A stretch of DNA of 64,000 nucleotides. Source: Candidatus Binatia bacterium (GTDB lineage: Bacteria; Desulfobacterota; Binatia; HRBIN30; BPIQ01). A program made the translations under genes and the position numbers. Shown in pieces: positions 19,250 through 30,200 of the stretch (position 1 is its first letter; each line of letters opens with the position of its first letter). The stretch is from contig BPIQ01000001.1 in assembly GCA_026004195.1 (NCBI GenBank), positions 653,871 to 717,870 of the forward strand, given 5' to 3'. Below the pieces are notes generated by a model. That model was not told the origin of the DNA, did not search any database, and saw only the letters and a program-made list of their open reading frames with translations.

Positions 19250-20032
19250 TCACGACCCTGGCGCCCAGGCCGGACGCCGCTTTTCGAGAAAAGCCGCCAT
19301 GCCTTCCTGCGCCTCGTCGCCGACGCGAAGCTCGGCGAGGAGCCGAGCCGTCTTTTCTTCGACGGCTTCCCAGTCCGTCGGGTCGATCACCCGGAGGAGC
19401 TCTTTGACGGCCCCGGCCGCGCCGGGAGCACCGAGAAGCAGGTTGCGGAGCGTCTCCTCGACCCGTTCGTCGAGCTTCTCGGCCGGCACGACCTCGTCGA
19501 CGAGCCCGAGACTGCGCGCCGCCGCGGCATCGAAGGTCTCGCCGGTCAGAAAAAGCCGCCGCGCGGCTCCGAAGCCGATTTTCCGGACCACGTACGGAGA
19601 GATCATGGCAGGCACGATTCCGAGCCGAACCTCCGTGAACGCGAAGTGCGCGGCATCGGCGGCCACCGCGAGATCGCAAGCGGCAACGAGCCCGACACCC
19701 CCGCCCCTTGCCGCACCGTTGACCCGCGCCACGACGGGACGCGGAAAGCGGTAGAGGCGAGAAAACACCCGGGCCGTGGCCCTCGCTTCCCGGGCGTTCT
19801 CCTCGGGCGTCGCCTCTTTCATGGCCTTCATGTTCCGCAGGTCCGCACCCGCCGAAAAAACCTTCCCGCGCCCCGTCAGCACGAGAGCACGGACCGAGCG
19901 GTCTTTTTCCCACTCGTCGAGAACCGAGAGGATCTCTCCGACCATCGTGCCGTCGAGCGCGTTTCCCACCTCGGGGCGGTCGAGTACGATGCGACCCACC
20001 CCACCTTCGAGCCTGGCCTCGATCGTCGTCAT
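19250..20032 (-). CDS. enoyl-CoA hydratase/isomerase (methylglutaconyl-CoA hydratase-like)
   Basis: C-terminal 260 aa of ORF 19250..21454 starting [21 protein letters not shown]. Crotonase fold. Start codon position is ±2 nt. Confidence 0.8.
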   Translation of the reverse strand: MTTIEARLEGGVGRIVLDRPEVGNALDGTMVGEILSVLDEWEKDRSVRALVLTGRGKVFSAGADLRNMKAMKEATPEENAREARATARVFSRLYRFPRPVVARVNGAARGGGVGLVAACDLAVAADAAHFAFTEVRLGIVPAMISPYVVRKIGFGAARRLFLTGETFDAAAARSLGLVDEVVPAEKLDERVEETLRNLLLGAPGAAGAVKELLRVIDPTDWEAVEEKTARLLAELRVGDEAQEGMAAFLEKRRPAWAPGS

Positions 20033-21822
20033 GCCCCACCCCGCTCTTGCAAGAGTTCTTCCGGAACCTCGACTTCCATGGAGAGGAGACCCTGCGCGAG
20101 AGTCTTGCCCTGGTGGTCGACGCGAAGGGACAGCGTCCCACCTCCTCCGAGGGCACGGTCGAGGACGAAGTTCAACGCGAGGAGGTTGGGAAGTTCGAAG
20201 CGCTCGACGCCGCCACGCACCAGTTCTCCGAAATGCAGGGCGACCCGTTCCGCGGAGAGAAAAGACCGCAAGAAGTCGTAGAGCGCAGCCGAGCGCGCCA
20301 CGACACCGATGTTCGCCCGGTCCCCTTTGTCCCCCGACCTCGCGAAGGCGATCTCGCGGAGCCGAACGCGTCGCACGGGTCCCGAGAAGGAGCGCCGGGG
20401 CGGCGGTTCGGGAACGGGAAGCTCGCCCCACTCCGCACGGGGAACGTCCTGGAGCGGGCACTCGACCCGCTTCCGCACGGAGCCCCCTTGCCGGATCTCC
20501 ACGACGGGCTCCACCCCCTCCCGAGGGAACCGTGCCGGCCAGAAGCCGTAGGCCGTCTGGACCGAAGGCCGTCCCTCCAGGACCCCGAAGCCGGGCGGTA
20601 GCTGCAAGCCGAATCCCAGGAACTGGAGGGCGAACGCCTGGACTTTTTTTCGGTCCGAATCCCGGACGCCGGCGCGAAAGACGATTTCGTTGGGCTCGAC
20701 TTTCGGGGCGGCAGGTCCCCAGCAAGCGTCGTAACCGATGGCGTCGGCCCTGAGGTCCTCGAACTCCCTGCCCACCCTGTGCCAGAGCATTTCTTCGAAT
20801 CGCCTGGCTTTCGCGAGCACGTCGGGCCCGCTCAGAAGGCAGCTTCCCACCGCCTTGTAACCGGCCTCGTAGACGATCGAAGCTTTCAGCTCCCGGGGAG
20901 GCGGCCCCCCCCGCGCCGAACGAACCCGGACCCGGTCCGGCCCCTCTTCCCGCACCTCGACCGACGTGAAGTCCGCGGTGACGTCCGGGGTCGCGTACGC
21001 CCGCGGATCGGCGATCTCGTAGAGGAGCTGCTCCGTGACGGACTTCCTGTTGACGACGCCGCCGGTGCCCGGGTGCTTCGTGACGACGAACTCTCCGTCG
21101 GGCGACACCTCCGCGATCGGGTAACCCATGTCGAGCATGCTCGGAATTTCCTGCCAGTCCGTGAGGTTGCCCCCGGTAGCCTGCGCACCGCACTCGAGGA
21201 TGTGTCCGGCGATCGTCCCGGCCGCGAGCTTGTCCCACTCGTCCCAGGCCCACCCGAACTCGTGGACGAGAGGAGCGAGGACGAGCGCCGCGTCCGTCGT
21301 TCTGCCGGTGACGACGACGCGTGCGCCGAGCCGCAGCGCTTCGACCACGGGTTTCGCCCCGAGGTAAGCGTTGGCAGCGGCGACTTTCCCCGCGATTTCG
21401 GAGAAGGGCCGCCCGTCGTCCAGGTTCGAGAGGTCGTACCCCCGTGCGTGCCACTCGGGAAGGCTTCCGAGGATGTCGTCCCCGTAGACCACGCCGATCG
21501 GCCAGTCGAGACCCGCTTCCGCGAGCACGCGTTCCACGGCGCGGGCGCAGCCCGCCGGATGGATCCCCCCCGCGTTCACGACGAGCGTGACCGGCCGCTC
21601 GCGGAGCAACGGGACGCAGTCGCGGAGCTGGAAGACGAAATCTCTCGCGAAGCCGGCCTCCGGGTCGGCCGCGCGCTGGCGCTGGAGGATCACCATCGTG
21701 ATCTCCGCGAGGAAGTCCATCGTCACGTAGTCGAGAGGACCCCCTTCGAGCTGCCGCCGGAGGGCCTGCGGGTCGTCTCCCCAGTAACCTCCGGCGTTCG
21801 CGACGCGCACGACGCTTTTCAT
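20029..21822 (-). CDS. AtuA-like acyclic terpene utilization family protein (DUF1446)
   Basis: Internal ATG gives MKSVVRVANAGGYWGDDP...DYVTMDFLAEITM, the DUF1446 N-terminus. 597 aa. Its stop overlaps the start of the hydratase. Confidence 0.8.
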   Translation of the reverse strand: MKSVVRVANAGGYWGDDPQALRRQLEGGPLDYVTMDFLAEITMVILQRQRAADPEAGFARDFVFQLRDCVPLLRERPVTLVVNAGGIHPAGCARAVERVLAEAGLDWPIGVVYGDDILGSLPEWHARGYDLSNLDDGRPFSEIAGKVAAANAYLGAKPVVEALRLGARVVVTGRTTDAALVLAPLVHEFGWAWDEWDKLAAGTIAGHILECGAQATGGNLTDWQEIPSMLDMGYPIAEVSPDGEFVVTKHPGTGGVVNRKSVTEQLLYEIADPRAYATPDVTADFTSVEVREEGPDRVRVRSARGGPPPRELKASIVYEAGYKAVGSCLLSGPDVLAKARRFEEMLWHRVGREFEDLRADAIGYDACWGPAAPKVEPNEIVFRAGVRDSDRKKVQAFALQFLGFGLQLPPGFGVLEGRPSVQTAYGFWPARFPREGVEPVVEIRQGGSVRKRVECPLQDVPRAEWGELPVPEPPPRRSFSGPVRRVRLREIAFARSGDKGDRANIGVVARSAALYDFLRSFLSAERVALHFGELVRGGVERFELPNLLALNFVLDRALGGGGTLSLRVDHQGKTLAQGLLSMEVEVPEELLQERGGA

Positions 21823-22235
21823 CCGTCCTTCTCCCTTCCCACGACCAGGGTCCGGCCGTCTGCGAGCAGCACCCGGGCGTCCTGGACGTAGAGAAACGTT
21901 CCCGCGAACGCCGTGCCGGGCGGAGCCTGGCTCAACGCGTCGACCGACGGTCCCGTGCCCCGCAGGACGAAATCCACCCGGCGGACCCCGACCTCGTCGG
22001 TGAGAAGCCACGGGTCCCCGGCCGTGAGTCGCCGGTAGGCGACGATCTCCCAGCTTCTCGTGCCCCGAGCCGTGTCGACCCGTACGACGAGAGGCCCCGG
22101 ACTCCCCGGCTCGACGACACGGCCCTCGATGCGGTAGAGGGCCGGTTCCCCACGCGGGAAGAACGCCTGCGCGGGCGAGAAAGTCAGGGCCAGACACACG
22201 CCGAGAGCCCACGACCGACCGTCGGGAAGCTTGAC
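21819..22235 (-). CDS. small secreted hypothetical protein
   Basis: Signal peptide ...SWALGVCLALTFSPAQA. Its stop overlaps the AtuA start (ATGA). The ORF's first codon is TTG, so I chose the internal GTG. Start is uncertain. Confidence 0.5.
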   Translation of the reverse strand, partial: VKLPDGRSWALGVCLALTFSPAQAFFPRGEPALYRIEGRVVEPGSPGPLVVRVDTARGTRSWEIVAYRRLTAGDPWLLTDEVGVRRVDFVLRGTGPSVDALSQAPPGTAFAGTFLYVQDARVLLADGRTLVVGREKDG

Positions 22236-22369
22236 CCTCGCCCGAGGGTGTGCGAGCTTTCGGCCGACTCGAACGGTTGCCAACGCCGCTCCTCGTTCGC
22301 GCAGTTTAGAGAAAACGACGACGAAGGGTCAATTCGGGCTTCGCGACCGTCGCGCTGCCGAGACATCCC

Positions 22370-23479
22370 GTGATTGTCGGCGTCCCCAGGGAAACGAAAC
22401 CCGACGAGAACCGCGTCGCCATCACCCCGGGCGGCGTCGCAGCGCTCGTAGCCCACGGACACCGCGTGCTCGTCGAACGCGGAGCCGGGGAAAGGAGCGG
22501 GGTGGCCGACTCCGAGTACCGAAAAGCGGGCGCCCGAATCGTCTCCCGTGCCGAGGTCTGGACCCGGGCGGAGCTCGTCCTGAAAGTCAAAGAACCGCTC
22601 CCTTCCGAGTTCCGCTTTCTCCGCCCCGGCCTGGTCGTCTTCACCTATCTCCACCTCGCGGCCAACGAGCGCCTCGCACGCGAGCTTCTCCGCAAGAAGG
22701 TCACCGCCATCGGTTACGAAACCATCGAACTCGACGACGGCTCCCTGCCCCTTCTGACCCCCATGAGCGAGATCGCCGGCCGGCTCGCCATCCAGGTCGG
22801 GGGCTGGTGCCTCGAGGCGCAGAACGGCGGCTCGGGGATCCTCCTGAGCGGGGCCTCCGGCGTGAGGCCCGCCAAGGTGGTCATCCTGGGTGCGGGCACC
22901 GCGGGCTCCAACGCTTGCCAGATCGCGGTGGGCATGGGCGCCCACGTGAGCATCGTCGACCGAAATCCCGCCAAACTCCGTTACGTGCACGACATCGTGG
23001 GGGGACACGTCACCACCGTCATGTCGAACCGCGCCAACATCGAGGAAGAGGTCGTGGGTGCCGATCTGGTGATCGGAGCCGTCCTCGTTCCGGGAGCCAA
23101 AGCACCCCGGCTTCTCGGCCGCAAGCTCCTGCGGCGCATGAGGAGGGGCTCCGCCCTCGTCGACATCGCCATCGACCAGGGCGGGTGCGCCGAGACCTCG
23201 CGTCCCACCACCCACGAACGCCCGATCTACGTGGCCGAAGGGGTCGTCCACTACTGCGTGACGAACATGCCCGCCGTCGTACCTCGCACCTCCACGTTCG
23301 CGCTCACCAACGTCACGCTCGCCTACGCCCAGGAAATCGCGGACAAGGGAATCGAGAGGGCTCTCGAGGAAAACGTGGCGCTACGCCGCGGGCTCAACAC
23401 GTTCGGGGGGTACCTGTGCCATCGGGGCGTGGCGACTTCGCTCGGCCTCCCGTTCCGCGACCCGGCCACCCTCCTGTAG
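22370..23479 (+). CDS. ald: alanine dehydrogenase
   Basis: MIVGVPRETKPDENRVAITP...VVILGAGTAGSNA, the AlaDH/PNT family. Confidence 0.9.
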   Translation: MIVGVPRETKPDENRVAITPGGVAALVAHGHRVLVERGAGERSGVADSEYRKAGARIVSRAEVWTRAELVLKVKEPLPSEFRFLRPGLVVFTYLHLAANERLARELLRKKVTAIGYETIELDDGSLPLLTPMSEIAGRLAIQVGGWCLEAQNGGSGILLSGASGVRPAKVVILGAGTAGSNACQIAVGMGAHVSIVDRNPAKLRYVHDIVGGHVTTVMSNRANIEEEVVGADLVIGAVLVPGAKAPRLLGRKLLRRMRRGSALVDIAIDQGGCAETSRPTTHERPIYVAEGVVHYCVTNMPAVVPRTSTFALTNVTLAYAQEIADKGIERALEENVALRRGLNTFGGYLCHRGVATSLGLPFRDPATLL

Positions 23480-24109
23480 CTCTTCCGCGGAAACTTCGTC
23501 GAGCATCTTTTCGACGAGCCGCTCCACGCCGATCCGCGCCAGCTCGCCGGCCGAGAGCCATTTCGGGCCCCCGCGCCAGAACATCCACCACCGGAGAAGG
23601 TTCGACGTCAGCTCCTGCTGCGTTTCCTGGAAGGAGCCCTGCCACACGACCTTTCCGTCCCGGGAACGCACGAGGTAGAGGCGGAAACCCACGGAAGCCG
23701 GCTTCCGCGCCCCGAGCTCGGTTCCCACCCGCTCCCTGAAGCGCAGGATTTCCCCGCAGAGCACCGCGTCGGCTCCCACCTCCTGCCCGAGAGTCCGGGC
23801 GCGGTCGAAAAGCGGGCGCGAGCGGTCCGTGCGCGCGAGGGCTTCTCGGACTTCGAGGTCGGGCACCACGGCGAAGCGGGACTGCTCGGCCAGGACACCG
23901 TGAATCTCGGCGGTCACGATCGCTTCGGCTCCTTCCTCGACCGTCACCTCCGGGTCCACGGGCTTTCCGGGCAGGACGTGTCGCTCGAGGGGAAGGACCG
24001 CGATCCGGGGAAGGCGGCCCCCGATCAGGACCTCGCCGCCACGCCGCAAGGTCCCCGCGCAGCCCGTGAGAAAGCCGAGTGCGAGGAAAACGACGCCAGG
24101 AAGCCTCAT
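23381..24109 (-). CDS. putative lipoprotein (uncharacterized)
   Basis: C-terminal 242 aa of ORF 23381..26299. MRLPGVVFLALGFLTGC carries a lipobox. Its ATG overlaps the aspS stop (ATGA). Its 3' end overlaps the ald 3' end by about 99 bp on the opposite strand. Confidence 0.55.
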   Translation of the reverse strand: MRLPGVVFLALGFLTGCAGTLRRGGEVLIGGRLPRIAVLPLERHVLPGKPVDPEVTVEEGAEAIVTAEIHGVLAEQSRFAVVPDLEVREALARTDRSRPLFDRARTLGQEVGADAVLCGEILRFRERVGTELGARKPASVGFRLYLVRSRDGKVVWQGSFQETQQELTSNLLRWWMFWRGGPKWLSAGELARIGVERLVEKMLDEVSAEELQEGGRVAEREAERSRHAPMAQVPPERVEPAA

Positions 24110-25887
24110 GGCTTGGGAAGAACCACGCGCAGCCCGAGCTCGCGGAGCTGCTCCTCGGCCACCTCGCTCGGAGCGTCCGTCAGAGGACAGACCGCGCGCT
24201 GCGTTTTCGGGAAGGCGATCACGTCGCGCAGCGACTCGGCGCCGCTCGCGAGCATCACCAGGCGGTCGAGACCCAGCGCGATCCCCCCGTGCGGCGGTGC
24301 CCCGTAGGACAGCGCGTCGAGAAGAAATCCGAACTGCCGCCTCGCTTGCACCTCCGAGAGTCCGAGGAGCTCGAAGATTTTCGTCTGCAGTGCCGGGTCG
24401 TGGATTCTCAGGCTGCCGCCGCCGAGTTCCGTTCCGTTGAGAACCACGTCGTAAGCCAGCGCCCGCACGCCCAGAGGGTCGGACTCGAGGCGCGGGATGT
24501 CCTCGGGCCGCGGTGCCGTGAAGGGATGGTTGACGGAAACGATCCTCTTCTCTTCCCGGCTGTACTCGAAGAGCGGAAAGTCCGTGACCCAGAGGAACGC
24601 GAGTTTCTTCTCGTCGACGAGACCCAGGAGACGCCCGAGGTGAAGCCGGAGCTGGCCCGTCGCCTCCCGGGCGACCTCGCGAGGCCCGGCCACGAAGAGC
24701 ACGACGTCGCCGGGCGAGAGGTCGCACCGCCGCGCGATGTCCTCCTTCTCGGCGTCGGTCAGGTACTTCGCGATGGGAGACTGCCACACCGAAGGCGACT
24801 GGACGCGGGCCCAGGCCACGCCTTTCGCCCCGAAGGGAGCGACGATTTCGGGCAGCGCGTCGAGGTGGCTTCGCGAGAGCCTCTCGCCCTCGGGCACGCG
24901 GAGCGCCCGCACCACGCCCTCTCGTTCGAGGGCGTCGCGAAAAACGCGGAACTCGCTCCGCGCGGCCGCTTCGCTCACGTCCGTGATCTCGAGACCGAAG
25001 CGCAAATCCGGCCGGTCCGTGCCGTAACGGGTCGTGGCTTCCTCGTAGGAGAGACGTGGAAAGGGCGTCGGAACGGACCGGCCCGCCGCGCCGAAAGCCG
25101 CGGCCAGCATCCCCTCGACCACGGAGAAAATCTCCTCCGGATCGACGAAGGACATCTCGAGGTCGATCTGGGTGAATTCCGGCTGGCGGTCCGCGCGGAG
25201 GTCCTCGTCCCGGAAGCACCGTGCGATCTGGTAGTAGCGTTCGAAGCCTCCGACCATGAGGATCTGCTTGAAGAGCTGCGGGGACTGGGGGAGCGCGTAG
25301 AAACGCCCGGGGTGGACACGGCTCGGCACGAGGTAATCGCGCGCTCCCTCCGGCGTGCTGCGCGTGAGGATCGGGGTTTCGATCTCCACGAACCCTTCCG
25401 CGTCCAGGAAGTCCCGTACCGCCTTCACGATCCGGTGGCGCAAGAGGAAGCGGTCCCGCACCGCGGGCCGGCGGAAATCGAGGTAGCGGTAACGCAACCG
25501 CAGAGCCTCCGAAACCTCGTCCGCTTCGTCGAGCACGAACGGCAACGGGCGCGACGCCGCGAGCAGCTCCATTTCCCGCGCGACGACTTCGACGTCCCCC
25601 GTGGGAAGCGCCGGGTTGCGGGTTTCTTCGCTCCGCGCGGCGACGGTTCCCCGCACGGCCACGACGAACTCCGACCGGAGTCCGCGTGCGACCTCGTAGG
25701 CCGCGGAGCTGCGCGCCGGATCGCAGACCACCTGGACGATCCCGGCCCTGTCGCGCAGGTCGACGAAGATCAACCCTCCGTGGTCGCGCGTGCGTGCGAC
25801 CCAACCCATGAGCGTCACCTCGGACCCCACGTCCCGGGCCCGAAGCTCCCCGCAGGCGTGCGTGCGTCGCCAGCCGACCGTGCTCAT
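24106..25887 (-). CDS. aspS: aspartate--tRNA ligase
   Basis: Internal ATG of ORF 24106..26670. 593 aa with OB-fold anticodon-binding N-terminus, class II motifs and the GAD insertion. Confidence 0.9.
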   Translation of the reverse strand: MSTVGWRRTHACGELRARDVGSEVTLMGWVARTRDHGGLIFVDLRDRAGIVQVVCDPARSSAAYEVARGLRSEFVVAVRGTVAARSEETRNPALPTGDVEVVAREMELLAASRPLPFVLDEADEVSEALRLRYRYLDFRRPAVRDRFLLRHRIVKAVRDFLDAEGFVEIETPILTRSTPEGARDYLVPSRVHPGRFYALPQSPQLFKQILMVGGFERYYQIARCFRDEDLRADRQPEFTQIDLEMSFVDPEEIFSVVEGMLAAAFGAAGRSVPTPFPRLSYEEATTRYGTDRPDLRFGLEITDVSEAAARSEFRVFRDALEREGVVRALRVPEGERLSRSHLDALPEIVAPFGAKGVAWARVQSPSVWQSPIAKYLTDAEKEDIARRCDLSPGDVVLFVAGPREVAREATGQLRLHLGRLLGLVDEKKLAFLWVTDFPLFEYSREEKRIVSVNHPFTAPRPEDIPRLESDPLGVRALAYDVVLNGTELGGGSLRIHDPALQTKIFELLGLSEVQARRQFGFLLDALSYGAPPHGGIALGLDRLVMLASGAESLRDVIAFPKTQRAVCPLTDAPSEVAEEQLRELGLRVVLPKP

Positions 25888-27179
25888 GACCCGCCCGTTT
25901 TCGCCGACTCCCCGCCTCCGAGCCTGCGCAGCGCCGTGAGCACGGTCTCGGCGTCGCCCCCGAGCGGCACGGAGCGGCGGAAGTCCCGCTTGGCCACCAT
26001 GTCGCGGACCGTGGCCGCGCCGTCCGCGAGCTCTTCTTCCCCCACGATGAGCGTGAAGCGTGCCCCCTCCCTGTGGGCACGCCGCATCTGACTCCGGAGA
26101 CTTCGGTCGCCGCTTTCCATCTCGACGCGGACGCCGGCCCTCCGGAGCCGGTGGGCGAGCCCCTGTGCCGCCTTTTCGGCGGGCCGACCGACGGGGGCCA
26201 CGAACACCTCCACCCCTCCGGGCTCGGGGTGCGGTCCCGCCACCATGGCGAGTCGCTCGATCCCGAGAGCCACGCCCACGGCGGGAACGTCCGGCCCACC
26301 CAGTGCTTCGACGAGCCCGTCGTACCGCCCTCCGCCCCCGATCGCGTTCTGCGCCCCGAGCCCGGCCGCGAGTACCTCGAAAGCCGTCCGGCAGTAGTAG
26401 TCGAGCCCTCGCACGAGCCTCGGGTTTTCCCGGAACGCGATTCCCTCCGCCGAGACCAGCTCGCGCACGCGGGAGAAGTGCTCGCGGCACGCCTCGCACC
26501 AGAACTCCGGCAGCGACGGTGCGTTCTCGGTCGCCGCCCGGCAAGCTTCTTCCTTGCAGTCGAGGATGCGCAACGGGTTGCCCCCGAGTCGACGGCGGCA
26601 GTTTTCGCACAGGCGCTCGCCGAGCCGCTCGCCGAACTTGCGCACCGCCTCGCGGAAGCGAGGTCGGCACGCCGAACAGCCGAGAGAATTGAGCTCGAAC
26701 CAGGCCCGCTCCACCGCGAGCTCGTCCAGGAGGTCCGCCACGAGGAGGATCACCTCCGCGTCGAGTACCGGATCTTCGCGCCCGAAAGCCTCGACGCCGA
26801 TCTGGTGGAACTGCCGGTACCGACCCTTCTGAGGGCGCTCCCGCCGGAACATAGGTCCGATGTAGTAAAACTTAGCTTCGGGGTTCTTTACATAGATGCT
26901 GTGTTCCACGTAGGCACGGACGACCGAGGCGGTGCCTTCGGGACGCAGAGCGAGCCGCGTTCCGTCCCGGTCCTCGAACGTGTACATTTCCTTTTCCACG
27001 ATGTCGGAAAACTCGCCGATGGAGCGACCGAAAAGCGCCGCCTTTTCCGCCACCGGAAGTCGGATTTCGTCGTAGTGGTAGCGCGCGAAAAGCGTTCGCG
27101 CCGTGCGCTCGATCCAGCTCCACCGCGCGCTCTCTTCGGGAAGAACGTCGCGAAAACCCTTGACTGCGGAGATTTTCAT
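25884..27179 (-). CDS. hisS: histidine--tRNA ligase
   Basis: 431 aa with class IIa HisRS motifs. Its stop overlaps the aspS start. Confidence 0.9.
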   Translation of the reverse strand: MKISAVKGFRDVLPEESARWSWIERTARTLFARYHYDEIRLPVAEKAALFGRSIGEFSDIVEKEMYTFEDRDGTRLALRPEGTASVVRAYVEHSIYVKNPEAKFYYIGPMFRRERPQKGRYRQFHQIGVEAFGREDPVLDAEVILLVADLLDELAVERAWFELNSLGCSACRPRFREAVRKFGERLGERLCENCRRRLGGNPLRILDCKEEACRAATENAPSLPEFWCEACREHFSRVRELVSAEGIAFRENPRLVRGLDYYCRTAFEVLAAGLGAQNAIGGGGRYDGLVEALGGPDVPAVGVALGIERLAMVAGPHPEPGGVEVFVAPVGRPAEKAAQGLAHRLRRAGVRVEMESGDRSLRSQMRRAHREGARFTLIVGEEELADGAATVRDMVAKRDFRRSVPLGGDAETVLTALRRLGGGESAKTGGS

Positions 27180-27277
27180 CCGGAGGAGCTTGCGCGGGGG
27201 GTGGCGAGTAGCTATCAGAGGGGTTCCGCCAAGTCAACGAAGGAACGGGCCGAGCACAGGGGAGAACGACCCGGCAC
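27180..27277. promoter_or_regulatory. divergent intergenic region between hisS and the giant secreted-protein gene
   Basis: 98-bp noncoding gap between divergently oriented start codons. Promoters were not resolved. Confidence 0.3.
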
Positions 27278-30200
27278 GTGGCTCGAAGAACGACACCGCG
27301 AACGCATGCGAGCCCCCGGATGTTTCCCCGCGTTCTTTCCCGCGCGGTGCTTCCGGCCTTCCTGGGCATGCTGCTCTTCGCGCCTCCCGCCCTCTGCCAA
27401 CCGCGCGGCATCCAGCAGCTCAACGGATTCGAGGGCGGCGGCGCCGGCGACTACACGACGCAAGGGGCTACGGTCGTCGAGCCCGAGCTCTTTCCCCCTC
27501 CGGACCCTCCTCCGGAGGGTGTCTTCGGTTTCGTGGCCCGGAGCGGCCGCTTCGTCCTGCGAACGCGCAGCGTATCGGGCGAGGTGTCCTACGCGGAAGC
27601 GGCGCTTCCCGTCGCCGCGAACCAGGTGAGCGACGGAATCTGGGCCTGCTTCCGAACCCTTCCGTCCTCCCCGCGGCGCATCCGGAGCTGGTGGGCCGGT
27701 ACGACCCCGGTCTTCGAACTTTGGCTCGAGCCCGACGGTAGGGTCCGGCTCCAGGCAGGAGCTCGGTCCGAAATTTCCACGACGGCGATGGCCGACTGCA
27801 CCTTCGACTTCACGCACTACGAAGTTCTTTACTTCGCGAACGGCTCCCTCACGCTCCGGGTCGGGGGGTTCGTGGAAGCCACCCTGTTCCCGGGCCTCTC
27901 CTCGCCCGTCGACCGAACGAGAATCGGACCCGACGAGCCCTCCGGCGGGAGCCTCGAACTTTTCTGGGACGACCACACGTTCGGCCAGAGCTCGCTGTTC
28001 CACGGCGAGCTCCGTATCGCTTCCCTTCACCCCACGCAGGACGGCCAGTTCGCCGAGTGGACGGCGCAAACCAACCGCACGGGCCCGCCCTGCGACGACC
28101 TGGGCCTTTTCGGCTGCGTCCTCGAGCGCCCCCCGGACGGGGAAGAGACCCTCGTTTCGTCGGACGCGGCCGGCACGAGGGCTTCTTTCTGCCACGAAAC
28201 GACGGCGGACCTTTTTCTTTTCGGCGAAATGCTCGCCGTCAAAACACTGGCCATCGCGCGAGGAGATCCCGGCGCGGGGTTCGAGCTCGGGCTCGAGCTC
28301 GACTCGCCGGCTTGCGGGGGAACCTCGGGCGGCGTGCCGGTGGCGAGTCCGTTCTCCCCCGATTCGTCCTTCCGGGGATTCGCACGCGTGGACGAGGTGA
28401 ATCCCCTGGGGCCGGCTCCCTGGCAAGGCATCGACATCGACCGGACGGAGATCTTTCTCGCCCAAGCCTCGGACGGCGCTCGGGTAGAGGTCACGCAGGT
28501 CTTCCAGGAGGTGGCGTACGACACGACGGGGTTCCCCACGCCCACACTCTCGCCCTCGCCGACGCCGACCGTCACGCCCAGTCCCACGAAAACGCGCACG
28601 TTCACGCCCACCGCCACACCGAGCGTCACTCCCACCGTCACGCGCACCCCGACGCCCAGCCCGACCCCCACCGTTTCGCCCACACCCACTCCATCCCGGA
28701 CCCCTACTCCTTCCCCGACTCCTACGCCCACCCCCACCGCCACGCCGTCTCGGACCCCGACCCTGACCGCCACTCCGAGCCCGACGCCCACGCGGACACC
28801 TACCCCGACTCCCACCACGAGCCCGACGCCGTCCTTCTCACCCTCCTCCACGCCTTCGCCCCTTCCGACGCCTACCGGGACGTTCACACCGAGCGCCACG
28901 CCCAGCCACACGCCTTCTCCGTCTCCCACGGCGACCTTCACGCCCACTCCGCTTCCGACCGCCACTCCCACGAGCCCGTTGCGAGCTCTCACGCACCTGA
29001 ACGGCTTCGAGGCCGGGTCGCGGGAAGACTACAGGGTCGGTGCAGGCGTACCGACCGCCACTTCGCTGGCCCGAAGCGGCCTCTGGGGCATGGGGACCGC
29101 GTCGGCGGGAGCGCCGGAATATCTCTTTTTCGAGCTCGCATCGCCCACGGGTGTCTTCACGGACGGCTTCTGGGCATGCCGTCGCACGTCTTCCCTTTCC
29201 GCCTCGCGCCGGATCCGGTCGTGGCTTTCGAGCCCCGTGATCGCCGTGGTCTCGCTCTACCTCGAACCCGACTTCCGGGTCTCCGTCCGGGTCGAGGGCA
29301 CACCGCTCGGGACGAGCAGCACGCCTATGAGCGCGTGCCCGAACTTCACGCGCTACGAGCTCCAGTACGAAGCGGGAGGGTTCGTCCGCCTGCGCGTCGA
29401 CGGTAGCCAGGAGGTCGAAGCCACCCACGCTTCGACGGCCACGATCGTGCGAAGCCACATCGGACCCGATACGACCGGCTCACCCGTCGACCTCGTCTGG
29501 GACGATCATACCTTCTCTCCTTCGCTCGTCTTCCCCGGAGAGCTGCAAATCCGCGGGCTCGCGGTCACGACCGACGAACAGATCACGGGGTGGGGCAGCG
29601 GAGGCGGGTGCGGCGTGCCGGGGCTCTTCACCTGCGTTCGAGACGTTCCGCCGAACGAATCCCTGTTCGTACAAACCACCCTCGACGGAGCGAGAATCGC
29701 CTTCTGCCACGAGCCGACGAGCGAGGCGGGCATTTTCGGTTCGATTCTCGCCCTCAAAGTCACGGCTCACGCACGGCGCGAGAGCCAGTCGGTCCAGAGC
29801 CCGATGAACCTTTTCGTCCGTACCGACGCTCCGGCGTGCGGAGGAGCGGATCCGCAGAGACACGACGCGCCGGCGAATTTCGTGCCGGAGGTGTTCTACC
29901 AGGGCTTCGGCCGGATTCTCGAGACGAATCCGCGAACGGGTCTCCCGTGGACGGGGGCGGAAATCGACCGCACTTCGGTGGGCGTGACCCACTTCAACGA
30001 CAACGAAGCGGCACGTCTCGCTCAGGTACACGTCTCGGTCGCGTTCGACACGACGGGATTCCCGTCTCCCACGGCGACCCCCAGTCGAACCCCGACTCCC
30101 ACACCCACGCCGCGGCCCCCCACGCCCACCGCGAGCTTCTCGCCGACGAACTCACCCACGCCCACGCGCACGGCGTCTTCGACACCCACCCCCAACCCCA

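Noticed and set aside
19250-21454. 734-aa minus ORF
   Set aside because: Only the last 260 aa is a crotonase. The rest is Arg/Gly-rich antisense of AtuA, in another frame.
23381-26299. 972-aa minus ORF
   Set aside because: It is an alternative frame across aspS. Only the C-terminal lipoprotein segment (23381-24109) is credible.
28027-28992. Gly-Val-rich ORFs on both strands inside PT-linker DNA (e.g. 28027..28992, 30022..30990, 32543..33373)
   Set aside because: They are products of codon reiteration in the Pro/Thr linkers. They are mirror or shifted readings of the same repeats.
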